A stretch of DNA of 64,000 nt, taken from IMG/VR virus record IMGVR_UViG_3300021197_002039, positions 1,518 to 65,517 of that record, one strand, 5' to 3'. Positions within the stretch are counted from its first letter, which is position 1. Each line of letters opens with the position of its first letter. Below are positions 37,709 through 47,198 of this stretch, piece after piece. The notes under the pieces are model-generated. The model saw only the letters and a program-made list of their open reading frames with translations, was not told the origin of the DNA and searched no databases. This DNA is from a virus. Taxonomy: Duplodnaviria > Caudoviricetes. The translations under genes and the position numbers were made by a program.

Positions 37709-38319
37709 AATTAAGAGAAGGGTGGCACTGGCCAAAGAATGACAAGAGGTGTTGGAGAGCAACTTCCAGGCACTGGAAATTACCACAGGAAGTGATCAAG
37801 GAAATAGCAAACAAAAGAGTAGCAGTGCAGGCAGGCGGCAACTGTGGGGTGTATGCAGAGCAGTATGCCAAGGCTTTCGAGACTGTCTATACTTTTGAAC
37901 CTGAAAATTTAAATTTCTATTGTCTGTGTAGAAATCTAATCAATTGTAAGAACATTTACAAGTTCCAGAGTTTTTTAGGAACCGGGCAGGAAACAACAAC
38001 ATCTATTACAAATCCTGCTGATCTCCAGTCTGAAGCAAATTCTGGCATGTTTCACAAGACCAACACGCAAGGTTCAATTCCTGTGCTGAGCATAGATCAA
38101 CTGGGCCTGACAGCCTGCGATCTCATTCACCTAGACATAGAGGGCGGAGAGCATGATGCCCTTATTGGTGCCACACAAACAATTAATAAGTTCAAACCTG
38201 TAGTATGCCTTGAATGGTTTCAGAATACGGAAATTTTACAAAAAACAATGAGTGATTTTGGATACCAGGACATAGGATTTGCCAGCAAGTCTGATAAGAT
38301 GTTTAGGTACGTTCGCTAG
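37693..38319 (+). CDS. FkbM family methyltransferase
   Basis: VQAGGNCG, FEPE, IDQL..CDLIHLDIEGGE..ALIGA..TI..KPVVCLE. Confidence 0.85.
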   Translation: MDTLVELREGWHWPKNDKRCWRATSRHWKLPQEVIKEIANKRVAVQAGGNCGVYAEQYAKAFETVYTFEPENLNFYCLCRNLINCKNIYKFQSFLGTGQETTTSITNPADLQSEANSGMFHKTNTQGSIPVLSIDQLGLTACDLIHLDIEGGEHDALIGATQTINKFKPVVCLEWFQNTEILQKTMSDFGYQDIGFASKSDKMFRYVR

Positions 38320-38525
38320 TCTGTGTGTTCTTCACAGCCTATTACGATACGTTCATAGGGTTGATTGTATTGTGCGAATACATCTGTAAGGCCATAAAAA
38401 CGATACTCAGCGTCTTTTTCACACTCTGCAAGTGTCCTGTATATCGTGGCCGAACTGTCATTGTAGGGTGTGCATTCCGTCGCACCGTTGATAGTAAAAC
38501 ACATGATTGCAAACAGTTTATACAT
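38316..38525 (-). CDS. Small Cys-containing protein, paralog of 44395..44607
   Basis: MYKLFAIMC..C..Y.T.AEC; TAAATA-N4-ATG. Confidence 0.65.
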   Translation of the reverse strand: MYKLFAIMCFTINGATECTPYNDSSATIYRTLAECEKDAEYRFYGLTDVFAQYNQPYERIVIGCEEHTD

Positions 38526-38647
38526 GAACTATTTAATAACCAGACTGCATGTGCAAAACATTATTAAACCATAATTATGATTGACAAGATGGCCATATTT
38601 CTTATAAAATGGGAGTAGTTTAAATTTAAATTAAAAAGGAAAAAAAG

Positions 38648-39904
38648 ATGAGAAAATTAATTATATCAATACTTTCTTTTTTATCATTCATATGTGCACC
38701 AGCGATTGGATCCGCACAAGATGTTAAAATTGGAGTAATATATCCTCTCACTGGCTCTTCTGCACAGATCGGGAAAGATGCGGTGGCGGCGGTCAACACT
38801 GCCTTGGATATAATCAACAACAAGCACAACATTCCTGGCATGCCGTTAGCGGAAAACGAAGGCCTTGAAGGTTTAGATGGTGCGAAAGTATCTATAGTCG
38901 TTGGCGATCACACTGGTAAACCAGATGTGGGAGTAAGTGAAACTGAAAAGATGCTCAACAAAGACGGCGTCCATGCGATGTATGGTGCTTACTTTTCTTC
39001 TGTGGTGGCCGCGGCCAGCACCGTGACTGAAAGGGCAGGCATTCCATTTGTGAACGGAGATTCTGCTTCGCCAAAACTTACATCTAGAGGATTGAAATAT
39101 TTCTTTAGGGTAGGTCCACATGATGGTATGTTTACACAGTTGATGTTCGAGTTTATACAGGATTTCAACAAGAAGAATAATGCAAATCTTAATACGTTAG
39201 GAATCTTACACGAAGATACTTTATGGGGATCTGACAGTGGTTCAACACAAAACAAAATGGCCAAAGAGCAAGGCTATGAGGTTATAGAGAAAATAAGTTA
39301 TAAAGCGTCTACAACAACTTTGACTTCTGAAGTCCAGAGGTTGAAACTAAAAGATCCAGATGTTCTTCTTCCGTCTCAGTACACGGCAGATGCGTTCTTG
39401 TTTTTGAACACTGCTCAAGAACTTGATTACAATCCTAAGTTATTGATTGCCCAAAATGCCGGATATGTAGATCCTACATTTATTTCAACTTTGGGAGATA
39501 AGGCCGAAGGTGTCATATCTAGATCACCGTTCAACACAGATCTAGCAAAAACAATACCCATGATCGGTACAATCAATAAAATATTCAAAAAGCATTCTGG
39601 AGGAAGAGATCTATCAGATGTTCCTGCTAGGGCATTTACAGGTTTCATGGCACTCGCTGTGGCAATCAACAATGCTGGATCAACGGATCCTGAGAAAATC
39701 AGAGAAGCACTTGTTAATCTTGACATACCAGGAGAAGCATTGATAGTACCTTACAGAGGTGTTAAGTTTGGTCCAGATGGACAGAACGAGGCAGTACGAG
39801 GAGTACTAATGCAAGTTCAAAATGGAAAATATTGCACAGTCTATCCATATGAACTAGCGGCGTGTGACCTTGTGTACCCAATGCCAACTTGGGATCAAAA
39901 ATAA
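38648..39904 (+). CDS. livK: HAAT (branched-chain amino acid-type) ABC substrate-binding protein
   Basis: Signal peptide, VKIGVIYPLTG, GAYFSSV, YFFRVGPHD; TTGACA promoter at 38581 and SD AAGGA. Confidence 0.9.
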   Translation: MRKLIISILSFLSFICAPAIGSAQDVKIGVIYPLTGSSAQIGKDAVAAVNTALDIINNKHNIPGMPLAENEGLEGLDGAKVSIVVGDHTGKPDVGVSETEKMLNKDGVHAMYGAYFSSVVAAASTVTERAGIPFVNGDSASPKLTSRGLKYFFRVGPHDGMFTQLMFEFIQDFNKKNNANLNTLGILHEDTLWGSDSGSTQNKMAKEQGYEVIEKISYKASTTTLTSEVQRLKLKDPDVLLPSQYTADAFLFLNTAQELDYNPKLLIAQNAGYVDPTFISTLGDKAEGVISRSPFNTDLAKTIPMIGTINKIFKKHSGGRDLSDVPARAFTGFMALAVAINNAGSTDPEKIREALVNLDIPGEALIVPYRGVKFGPDGQNEAVRGVLMQVQNGKYCTVYPYELAACDLVYPMPTWDQK

Positions 39905-39958
39905 TAATCACACTCTTACTCAAAAGCGAAGTCGCCTTAGTGAGATCCAGCAAAAATT

Positions 39959-40825
39959 ATGACCGTTGAAATAATACTTCAGGCAATCGTGGCAGGACTG
40001 ATGATGGGACTTATCTATGCCTTGATAGCCGCTGGATTGAGTTTGATCTTTGGGTTGATGGGGATAGTCAACTTCGCTCATGGAGAACATCTGATGCTAT
40101 CCATGTTCACATCTTTCTGGTTGTGGTCGTTGCTAGGGTTGGATCCTTTATTTTCCGTTCCTATTACAATTTTACTAATGGCAGTGTGCGGTGTTCTAAC
40201 CCACTATCTGTTGATAAGATACATTTTAGAAGCAAAGATGTTAATACAGATCTGTGCAACCTTTGGGTTGTCTATCTTTATTAGATCCGTAGCTCAACTA
40301 TTATGGACCCCCGATTACAGAAATGTACAGAATCCATTAATCGAGGGTAGGATAGAATTAGGAACCATTTATGTTGGACAGCCTCAATTATTTGCAAGTC
40401 TGATTTGCCTTCTAGCATTTATAGGTTTATACTGTTTCGTTACAAAAACAGAAACAGGACTGGCACTCCAGGCCACAGCACAAGACAGACACGCCGCTGA
40501 AATACTTGGTATCCCTTCTGACAAAATGTTTGCACTAGGATGGGCAATAGGACTTGGATGTGTTGCTGTTGCTGGATCGATGATGATGAACTATTTTGCT
40601 GTGTTCACTGATGTGGGTATAAATTTTGCCCTGTTTGCCTTTGTGGCAGTTGCTCTAGGCGGCTTTGGCAGTATTATAGGATGCCTGTACGCCGGAATTA
40701 TAATAGGACTTGTTGAATCGTTGGGTGGCCTGCTCATAGATCCATCATTCAAACTTCTTTATGTGTTTGCAATTTACCTATTGGTAGTCATTTACAGACC
40801 ACAAGGTTTGTTTGGGAGATATTGA
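39959..40825 (+). CDS. livH: HAAT ABC permease LivH
   Basis: GLIYALIAAGLSLIFG..VNFAHGE, ALGGFGSI.G, YRPQGLFG. Confidence 0.92.
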   Translation: MTVEIILQAIVAGLMMGLIYALIAAGLSLIFGLMGIVNFAHGEHLMLSMFTSFWLWSLLGLDPLFSVPITILLMAVCGVLTHYLLIRYILEAKMLIQICATFGLSIFIRSVAQLLWTPDYRNVQNPLIEGRIELGTIYVGQPQLFASLICLLAFIGLYCFVTKTETGLALQATAQDRHAAEILGIPSDKMFALGWAIGLGCVAVAGSMMMNYFAVFTDVGINFALFAFVAVALGGFGSIIGCLYAGIIIGLVESLGGLLIDPSFKLLYVFAIYLLVVIYRPQGLFGRY

Positions 40826-41838
40826 TGCTAGACAAGTTATCATTGGCCAAACAAGAACCTGTATGGAAGAACAATAACACGATTTTATATTTTTTAAGTT
40901 CGACTGTTTTGTTATTGTTTTGCCTGCCTTTGTTTGATATCAATTCATTTTACCTACACTTGTTCATAATGATATTCATGCACAGTGTAATGGCACAATC
41001 TTGGAATGTGATAGCAGGTTTTTCAGGACAGATCAGTCTAGGGCATGGACTGTTCTTTGGCATCGGCGCTTATGCAACATCATTCTTGTTTACTGAATAT
41101 GGGATCACACCATGGATGGGCATTGTATTTGGAATGTTTGTGTCAGGCATAATTGCGGTCCTAATAGGTATTCCTATGTTGAGACTGCACGGGCATTACT
41201 TTGCCATAGCGACTCTGTTGATCGCAATTGGTTTCTCCCTTGTATTCAGAAGATGGGATCTAGTGGGTGCCGCTTCTGGCCTGTGGATTCCTATATTACC
41301 AGCGGATTCATGGATAGCACTCCAGTTCAACTCAAGTAAGGTTCCCTACTACTATATTTTCCTAGTATTTTTCCTTACAACTTTCCTTTTGAGTTGGATG
41401 TTAAGCAGGTCCAAACTAGGATATAGGCTAAGGGCAGTAAGAGATGATCCCCAAGCGGCATCGAGTCTGGGTATCAACGTGTCGCACTATAAGATAATAG
41501 CATACGTGATATCAGCGATGATGATGGCACCAATGGGCAGTTTGTTTGCCCAATATATTCTCGTGATAGATCCTGCAACAGTGTTCAATATCGAGATATC
41601 AATCGTGGTGTTGCTGATCACAGTGCTCGGTGGCACAGGAAATATCTGGGGGCCGTTGCTAGGCACGGTGATATTGATCCCCATATCCGAGTATACAAGG
41701 ATTTATCTAGGTGGCACAGGTGGTGCAGTGGACTTGATACTCTACGGATTAATACTAATGCTTATTTGTGTGTTCAGGCCTAATGGGTTGATATCATTCT
41801 TTAACAGAGATGTAATAGACAGGAAGCAAAAGAGATGA
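40825..41838 (+). CDS. livM: HAAT ABC permease LivM
   Basis: SWNVIAGFSGQISLGH, LRLHGHYFAIATL, RAVRDD..AA..LGIN, FRPNGL. Confidence 0.92.
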   Translation: MLDKLSLAKQEPVWKNNNTILYFLSSTVLLLFCLPLFDINSFYLHLFIMIFMHSVMAQSWNVIAGFSGQISLGHGLFFGIGAYATSFLFTEYGITPWMGIVFGMFVSGIIAVLIGIPMLRLHGHYFAIATLLIAIGFSLVFRRWDLVGAASGLWIPILPADSWIALQFNSSKVPYYYIFLVFFLTTFLLSWMLSRSKLGYRLRAVRDDPQAASSLGINVSHYKIIAYVISAMMMAPMGSLFAQYILVIDPATVFNIEISIVVLLITVLGGTGNIWGPLLGTVILIPISEYTRIYLGGTGGAVDLILYGLILMLICVFRPNGLISFFNRDVIDRKQKR

Positions 41839-42557
41839 AAATATTGACTGTAGAAAACATCAGCAGGTCTTTTGGAGGTATCAAGGCAAACAAAAATATT
41901 TCATTTGACGTAGAACAAGGTAGCATATTAGGAGTCATAGGACCAAACGGTGCAGGAAAGTCTACATTGTTTGACCTTATAACCGGTTACACAAAAGCCG
42001 ACAATGGCACAGTAAATTTTTTTGCCAACAATATATCTGGCTTACGTCCAGATCAAATAAGTGCCTTGGGAATAGGCAGAACATTTCAAAAACTTAAACC
42101 CTTCGCAGACCAAACCCTGCTTGAAAATGTCATGATAGGATGTTTTGTTAAAGAATCTAACATCAAAAAAGCCAGAGATAGAGCACTTGAAATAATTGAC
42201 TTTGTAGATTTGATAGACAAGAGACATCACTACGCAAAAGAACTGTCAACAGGACAAAGAAAGAGACTGGAAATGGCAAGGGCCATGGCAATTGAGCCTA
42301 AACTGTTATTAATGGACGAAGTTACTGGAGGGGTTGATCAGAGGACGGTGCCCGGTTTGGTAGAGTTGATAAAGAAAATGAAGAGATCCGGGGTCACTAT
42401 CGTTACAATAGAACACAACATGAACATAATCATGGAAATTTCAGATAACATCCTTGCTCTAGACCAAGGTCAAAGTATAGCGTACGGCACGCCAAAACAA
42501 ATCCAAAATAATAAAAACGTTATTGATTCGTACCTGGGAACATACGATGCTACTTGA
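41835..42557 (+). CDS. livG: HAAT ABC ATPase LivG
   Basis: SFGGIKA, GPNGAGKST, GIGRTFQ, LLLMDE, IEHNM, SYLG. Confidence 0.92.
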   Translation: MKILTVENISRSFGGIKANKNISFDVEQGSILGVIGPNGAGKSTLFDLITGYTKADNGTVNFFANNISGLRPDQISALGIGRTFQKLKPFADQTLLENVMIGCFVKESNIKKARDRALEIIDFVDLIDKRHHYAKELSTGQRKRLEMARAMAIEPKLLLMDEVTGGVDQRTVPGLVELIKKMKRSGVTIVTIEHNMNIIMEISDNILALDQGQSIAYGTPKQIQNNKNVIDSYLGTYDAT

Positions 42558-43254
42558 TATAAAAAACATCGATGTGTTATATGACGACTTCCAGGTGATC
42601 TGGAACGTGTCGATGAATGTGAAGCAAGGTGAAATGGTTGCTTTACTAGGTCCAAACGGTTCTGGAAAAAGCACTATCCTGAACACCATAAGCAATTTGG
42701 TGAACCACAGGCAAGGCACTATACATTTCAATGACGCTTTGATTTCTAATACTCCCACACATAAAAGGACAGAATTAGGCATCTCACATGTTCTCGAAAG
42801 GCGTAGGGTTTTCCCACACCTGACAGTCATGCAAAATCTTTTATTAGGAGCATGGCACAAAAAAGCAAAACACCAATTGGAGAGTTCACTGACAAAAGTG
42901 TTCAAAATTTTCCCAAAACTAGAAGCACGAAAGTATCAACTTGCAAAAACAATGTCGGGAGGCGAGCAACAGATCTTAGCGATTGCAAGGGGCATGATGG
43001 GTCTCCCAAAACTCTTGATGATTGATGAACCTTTCTTAGGTTTATCGCCATTGGTCATGAAAGATCTTATAAAAGTATTTAGAAACATAGTTGACGAAGG
43101 GGTGTCTATATTGTTTGTAGAGCAAAATGTACGACTAGCATTGAGCATGGCTGATCGTGGTTATGTGCTTGAAAGTGGAAGACTCGTGATACATGGCAAA
43201 TCCAAAGATCTAATCAACAACGATAAAGTGACAAAAATTTTCCTAGGAAACTAA
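42547..43254 (+). CDS. livF: HAAT ABC ATPase LivF
   Basis: GPNGSGKST, FPKL, MSGGEQQ, IDEPFLGLSP, VEQN, DRGYVLESG. Confidence 0.92.
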   Translation: MLLDIKNIDVLYDDFQVIWNVSMNVKQGEMVALLGPNGSGKSTILNTISNLVNHRQGTIHFNDALISNTPTHKRTELGISHVLERRRVFPHLTVMQNLLLGAWHKKAKHQLESSLTKVFKIFPKLEARKYQLAKTMSGGEQQILAIARGMMGLPKLLMIDEPFLGLSPLVMKDLIKVFRNIVDEGVSILFVEQNVRLALSMADRGYVLESGRLVIHGKSKDLINNDKVTKIFLGN

Positions 43255-43257
43255 AGA

Positions 43258-43559
43258 AGTGGTCCGTTCTGTTGCAAGGTGGACCATTCCCCTGAAATTA
43301 TTGGTTATTACGCCGCTAATCTCAATTCAGACATACCAACTGTTAAGTCAGCAAATCCTAATGCTTTTTTGTTTGCATTTAAAAAACAGCCTGATTAGGT
43401 CAGTGCCATCACCAAGTTCTCGTAACAAGTTTAGACGTCGATCGATTCCAATAACACCCCCGGAAGGGATTACATAAGCCACCAAGTAATAAATTGGTGG
43501 AGGTGGCGAGATTTGAACTCGCGTCTCGTCCGCTTATTAATTGTTAGTCAACAAACTTA
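43258..43559 (-). ncRNA. ssrA: Circularly permuted two-piece tmRNA
   Basis: Minus strand order: acceptor piece ending GCGAG-TTCAAAT-CTCGC-CACCTCC-A-CCA (3-prime end 43495), 33-nt intervening segment, coding piece starting GGGGGTG (43461) giving G3:U70; tag frame 43376..43308 ANKKALGFADLTVGMSELRLAA-stop; terminal GGTCC..GCAACAGAA..GGACC hairpin. Confidence 0.92.
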
Positions 43560-43565
43560 AATGTA

Positions 43566-43594
43566 ATTATACCTGAAGGTTGACGTATTGTCAA
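43566..43594 (-). promoter_or_regulatory. Consensus sigma70 promoter for the tmRNA
   Basis: TTGACA-N17-TATAAT on the minus strand, overlapping a divergent TTGACG-N17-TAAATT. Confidence 0.85.
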
Positions 43595-43615
43595 CTTTGT
43601 GCTAAATTAGTGTAT

Positions 43616-43819
43616 ATGCCAAAAAATAGAATATTCAAAATCACTGAAGGAACTGAGACCAAAGAGGTCGAGGCGATGTCTTATAAGAAGGCCGTGAAAT
43701 CATACCAGGGCGGTTCTAAAGCCAAGATGATAACTATCGAGTGGACGACCAAGGGCGGAGAGCTCTTCGTCAAAGACCAGAAGTTACCACTAGGTAGAAA
43801 GAAAAAGATAGGACGTTAG
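43616..43819 (+). CDS. Small basic hypothetical protein
   Basis: Start at MPKNRIF just after the divergent promoter. Confidence 0.65.
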   Translation: MPKNRIFKITEGTETKEVEAMSYKKAVKSYQGGSKAKMITIEWTTKGGELFVKDQKLPLGRKKKIGR

Positions 43820-43826
43820 AAGACAA

Positions 43827-43991
43827 GTGAAGACGAGCAAGAACCCATTAATAAAATTACTGGTAAAAGCCAGGATGACTTGGGCCGACATACGTGGACA
43901 CCACGGCAAGGTCTGGGACTACGAGCCAGGTGAAAACTACCTTGGCATGAAAAAAAGCAATTACTGGAAGAGAAATCACAAAGTCAAATGA
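43827..43991 (+). CDS. Small hypothetical protein (54 aa), not in the ORF track
   Basis: GTG start; KNPLIKLLVKARMTWADIRGHHGKVWDYEPG; fills the intergenic gap. Confidence 0.55.
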   Translation: MKTSKNPLIKLLVKARMTWADIRGHHGKVWDYEPGENYLGMKKSNYWKRNHKVK

Positions 43992-44110
43992 GCAAGGCGA
44001 TGTGGGCCATATTAGTTGTTTACACATCAATTTTCTTGTACGGGTGTATTACCCTAATCTAAACTAAAAATTAGCACATTACTTTAAGTTGTCGGTCAGT
44101 AAATATTACT

Positions 44111-44386
44111 GTGAAACGACCAAAGACGAAGACCGCTTATTGGTCAAAGATCCGTAAGAAGGCTCCGAAAGTGCCTGACATCACTTGCCCTGCAATTGAT
44201 TCAGTGCTGAACAAGTTGGAGAAACAGGTGGACCGAGCTCTAACTATCAAACAATTCAAAACAATAGAACGCAGGATGGAGAAACTGCGTACTGCCAACG
44301 AGAAACTGCGAGAGTCTGGCATATACTGGCACGACGCCTGCAAAGACACGATTAGGGACCTCCTTGGCAAAAGGAAAATGAGATAA
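44111..44386 (+). CDS. Basic hypothetical protein
   Basis: TAAATA-N5-GTG; APKVPDITCPAID..MEKLRTANEKLRESG. Confidence 0.7.
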   Translation: MKRPKTKTAYWSKIRKKAPKVPDITCPAIDSVLNKLEKQVDRALTIKQFKTIERRMEKLRTANEKLRESGIYWHDACKDTIRDLLGKRKMR

Positions 44387-44394
44387 TTAATAGT

Positions 44395-44607
44395 ATGTGG
44401 AAAGTACTTGTAGTAATATGCACCTTAGGTAATCCCTGCAACCTGTTTGAGGAAGACCCCATCAAGTGGTACATGACAGAAGCGGAATGCATACAGATGG
44501 CCGAAATCAAGGCCATGGGCATGGTGCAAACATTCAAGGATTATGGCTACCTCATCGACAGCGAGGCACACTCCTGCCTGTATGTGGCACAAAACAACGA
44601 AGCCTAA
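44395..44607 (+). CDS. Small Cys-containing protein, paralog of 38316..38525
   Basis: MWKVLVVIC..C..Y.TEAEC..C. Confidence 0.65.
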   Translation: MWKVLVVICTLGNPCNLFEEDPIKWYMTEAECIQMAEIKAMGMVQTFKDYGYLIDSEAHSCLYVAQNNEA

Positions 44608-44656
44608 TACAATAAACTTTACTTCTCTGTATGTTTAATATATAATATTATTAAGT

Positions 44657-46081
44657 ATGAAACTTCTTATTACCAGTGTGCCCTGGACTGATACAGAATC
44701 TCCTTTGCTCGCACCCGCCTTACTAAAGGGCATGTGTATGGCAAGAGGGATAAACACGGTTGCAATAGACTGCAATCAAGAAGTGCTACATTTTATTAAA
44801 ACTAGATTTGAAAAACAAGATTTAAAGATACTACAAGAATTCTTTTACAATGGTATAAAGATTTTTGATCACAAAAAAGTGAGAAGCGTGATAGATTACA
44901 TTGTAGAAAGGATACTGGCATATGATCCTACACACGTTGCCCTCAGTCTTCTAACATACGCATCTAAAATAGCCTGTGAATGGATATGTTTCAGATTAAG
45001 ACAAAAGGCCCCCCATGTAAAAATAATCATCGGTGGCGCTGGCATATTCAACACATTGGAATCTACACAGAACATCGCTGAGACTTTGTTACAGCAAAAA
45101 CAGATAGATTTTTATATAAAAGGTGATGGCGATGTGAGCCTACCAGATCTTGTCTTGAAAGAAAGTGCCTCCCGGGAGGTGCATGGTGTAAATTCAGTAG
45201 AGTGGCAACAGGTTCCTGATCTCAATCGATTACCTTTTCCTGATTACTCTGACTACAACATGGATTTATACGAGAATATGAGCATAGGAATTGTAGGTTC
45301 CCGAGGTTGTGTCAGGAGATGCACTTTCTGTGACATACACGAACACTGGAAAAAATATCAATGGAGAAATGCTGAAGACATATTTCAAGAACTCTTATGG
45401 CACTACAAAAAAACAAAAATAACAAAGTTCAAATTCCAAGACAGTCTTATCAACGGTAACCAAATAGAATTTAGAAAGCTCATGAAATTGTTGGCAGAAC
45501 ACAACGAGAAAAACACAGATGAGCAATTGAAGTGGAGTTCGTTCTTTATCTTCAGGCCACAGACGCAGATGCCAGAACAGGACTGGATCGACATTAGCAA
45601 ATCTGCTTACCAACTTACAGTGGGCATAGAATCAATAAATGAGCAAGTGCGTTTCCATATGGGCAAGAAATTCACAAACGAGGACATGCATTATTGCTTT
45701 GACATGTGTGCCAAATACAAAATTCCTTGTCACATGCTATTAATAGTTGGATACGTGACAGACACCGAACAAACAAACAAGGAGACCATGCAATGGTTCC
45801 AATCAAACAAACATTATTATCCTAATCCTATTAGTAATGTCTCTTTAGGTGGCACCCTAGGAATACTGCCTGGAACGGAACTGTATAGAAGAAAGGACGA
45901 GTTAGGAATACAGTTGAAAGATGAATTGTTTGATCACAAATGGTCCATAGAAAAGACAGCAAACACGCCTAGCGTAAGACTAAAATGGTCCGCAGAACAA
46001 ACATTAGCCTGTAAAAATGCTGGATTTAATGTAACCAGCATGACTGACAATCACCTATTAATGGAGCAAATGATGAAATGA
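44657..46081 (+). CDS. Cobalamin-binding radical SAM protein
   Basis: N-terminal B12-binding-like domain (PLLAPALLKG, ALSLL, IIIGGAG, IKGDGD), GSRGCVRRCTFC, FQDSLING, VGIES, IVGY. Confidence 0.88.
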   Translation: MKLLITSVPWTDTESPLLAPALLKGMCMARGINTVAIDCNQEVLHFIKTRFEKQDLKILQEFFYNGIKIFDHKKVRSVIDYIVERILAYDPTHVALSLLTYASKIACEWICFRLRQKAPHVKIIIGGAGIFNTLESTQNIAETLLQQKQIDFYIKGDGDVSLPDLVLKESASREVHGVNSVEWQQVPDLNRLPFPDYSDYNMDLYENMSIGIVGSRGCVRRCTFCDIHEHWKKYQWRNAEDIFQELLWHYKKTKITKFKFQDSLINGNQIEFRKLMKLLAEHNEKNTDEQLKWSSFFIFRPQTQMPEQDWIDISKSAYQLTVGIESINEQVRFHMGKKFTNEDMHYCFDMCAKYKIPCHMLLIVGYVTDTEQTNKETMQWFQSNKHYYPNPISNVSLGGTLGILPGTELYRRKDELGIQLKDELFDHKWSIEKTANTPSVRLKWSAEQTLACKNAGFNVTSMTDNHLLMEQMMK

Positions 46082-46497
46082 TAAATTTATTGTTGCACCT
46101 AGAAGTGGGGGAGTCGAACGGAGTAATGAATTTGACTATAGTCGATCAGCATGATAAAATTTATTTGAGTGACAAACTCTCTGAAGGAAAAAATGTTGTA
46201 GAACTGGATGTAGATACGCCAAACAAATTGGTATTCAATCTTTCAGGCAAGAATAACAGAAAAGACACGATCCTGGACAAAAGCACAGGCAAAATATTAA
46301 AAGACAAATTTATCAAAATTACAAGTGTGGAAATAAATGGCAAACCGCTCAACAAAAATAGGGTGGCAAAAATGTTCGTGTTGCAGACCGAATCAAAAGA
46401 ACAAATCAATTCAGCCTTCTGGGGATTTAACGGAAGTGTGGATTTTGATCTCCCACATGCCGATGCACTAGATCTACACTTGACTAATCTGGGATAA
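46078..46497 (+). CDS. Beta-rich hypothetical partner of the B12 radical SAM
   Basis: ATGA coupling; KDT..DKFIKI..VEING..FWGFNGSVDF. Confidence 0.65.
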   Translation: MINLLLHLEVGESNGVMNLTIVDQHDKIYLSDKLSEGKNVVELDVDTPNKLVFNLSGKNNRKDTILDKSTGKILKDKFIKITSVEINGKPLNKNRVAKMFVLQTESKEQINSAFWGFNGSVDFDLPHADALDLHLTNLG

Positions 46498-47101
46498 AGG
46501 TATGTCCCACAAACATTTCCTTTGTTTTAAAACAATTGAATGATCCACTACAGTGTAGATAGCGTTGATCCCAATAAATTAAACTTCCTGGTTCCCAGTG
46601 TAATATTTCGTAGATACTAACCTTTTTTAACAAGGTTTGGTCACAATGTGTAAAATATTTCTGCCTTAACGAATCTCCTATGCTGTTCCTATCATCTCCG
46701 TATTCTATTTCGTTGAATATTATAGTGCTTGCCGCAGAAATATCTGTTCGGTCCCCGTCGACCTTGTAAGGAATAAGCCAACTTTTAAAAGGTTTTCCAA
46801 TTTTGTTGTTTTTTGCGACATGGTATTCGTCGCTGTGTATTACGTAGGGTTTAACACTCTCAGTATACATACCAAATATAGACCGCATTTTGTCATCTCC
46901 CAAGCATTGCTTGACTGTTGAAAAAATGTTCTTTTGGAACCATTGCTCTGCTTCATGATTCTTTTCGTCTATACCATAACAATTGAGTCTATCATCTCCG
47001 GTCATGGTCCATCGTTGAAAATATTCCTGCCATTCTTCCATTTTTCTAGGATCGAAAGCGTTGCGAATGATCCCACCAATTTTATTAACCACGGTTGACA
47101 T
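46484..47101 (-). CDS. 2OG-Fe(II) oxygenase-like protein
   Basis: IHSD, WLIP, TIIFN, WEPGSLIYWD..LHCS. Confidence 0.55.
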   Translation of the reverse strand: MSTVVNKIGGIIRNAFDPRKMEEWQEYFQRWTMTGDDRLNCYGIDEKNHEAEQWFQKNIFSTVKQCLGDDKMRSIFGMYTESVKPYVIHSDEYHVAKNNKIGKPFKSWLIPYKVDGDRTDISAASTIIFNEIEYGDDRNSIGDSLRQKYFTHCDQTLLKKVSIYEILHWEPGSLIYWDQRYLHCSGSFNCFKTKEMFVGHTFIPD

Positions 47102-47198
47102 ATATTAATTCTATGTTATAATTATACAGTATTTTCAGGTATTTTCCTATTGTTGGACCTAATCTGTTGATACATCATATAATCAATTGGAGAAAATT

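Noticed and set aside
38648-43254. Bacterial chromosome segment or prophage boundary
   Set aside because: Phage-type genes and promoters continue on both sides and no integrase or housekeeping synteny is seen; a chimeric assembly cannot be excluded without reads
43495-43525. tRNA gene or attachment-site remnant
   Set aside because: No D or anticodon arm upstream; the matching 5-prime acceptor strand lies downstream, which fits a permuted tmRNA
46466-46481. Additional NrdR half-matches (GCACTAGATCT here, GCACAAGATGT near 38714)
   Set aside because: Single, lack the 3-prime GT half and lie inside genes; likely chance
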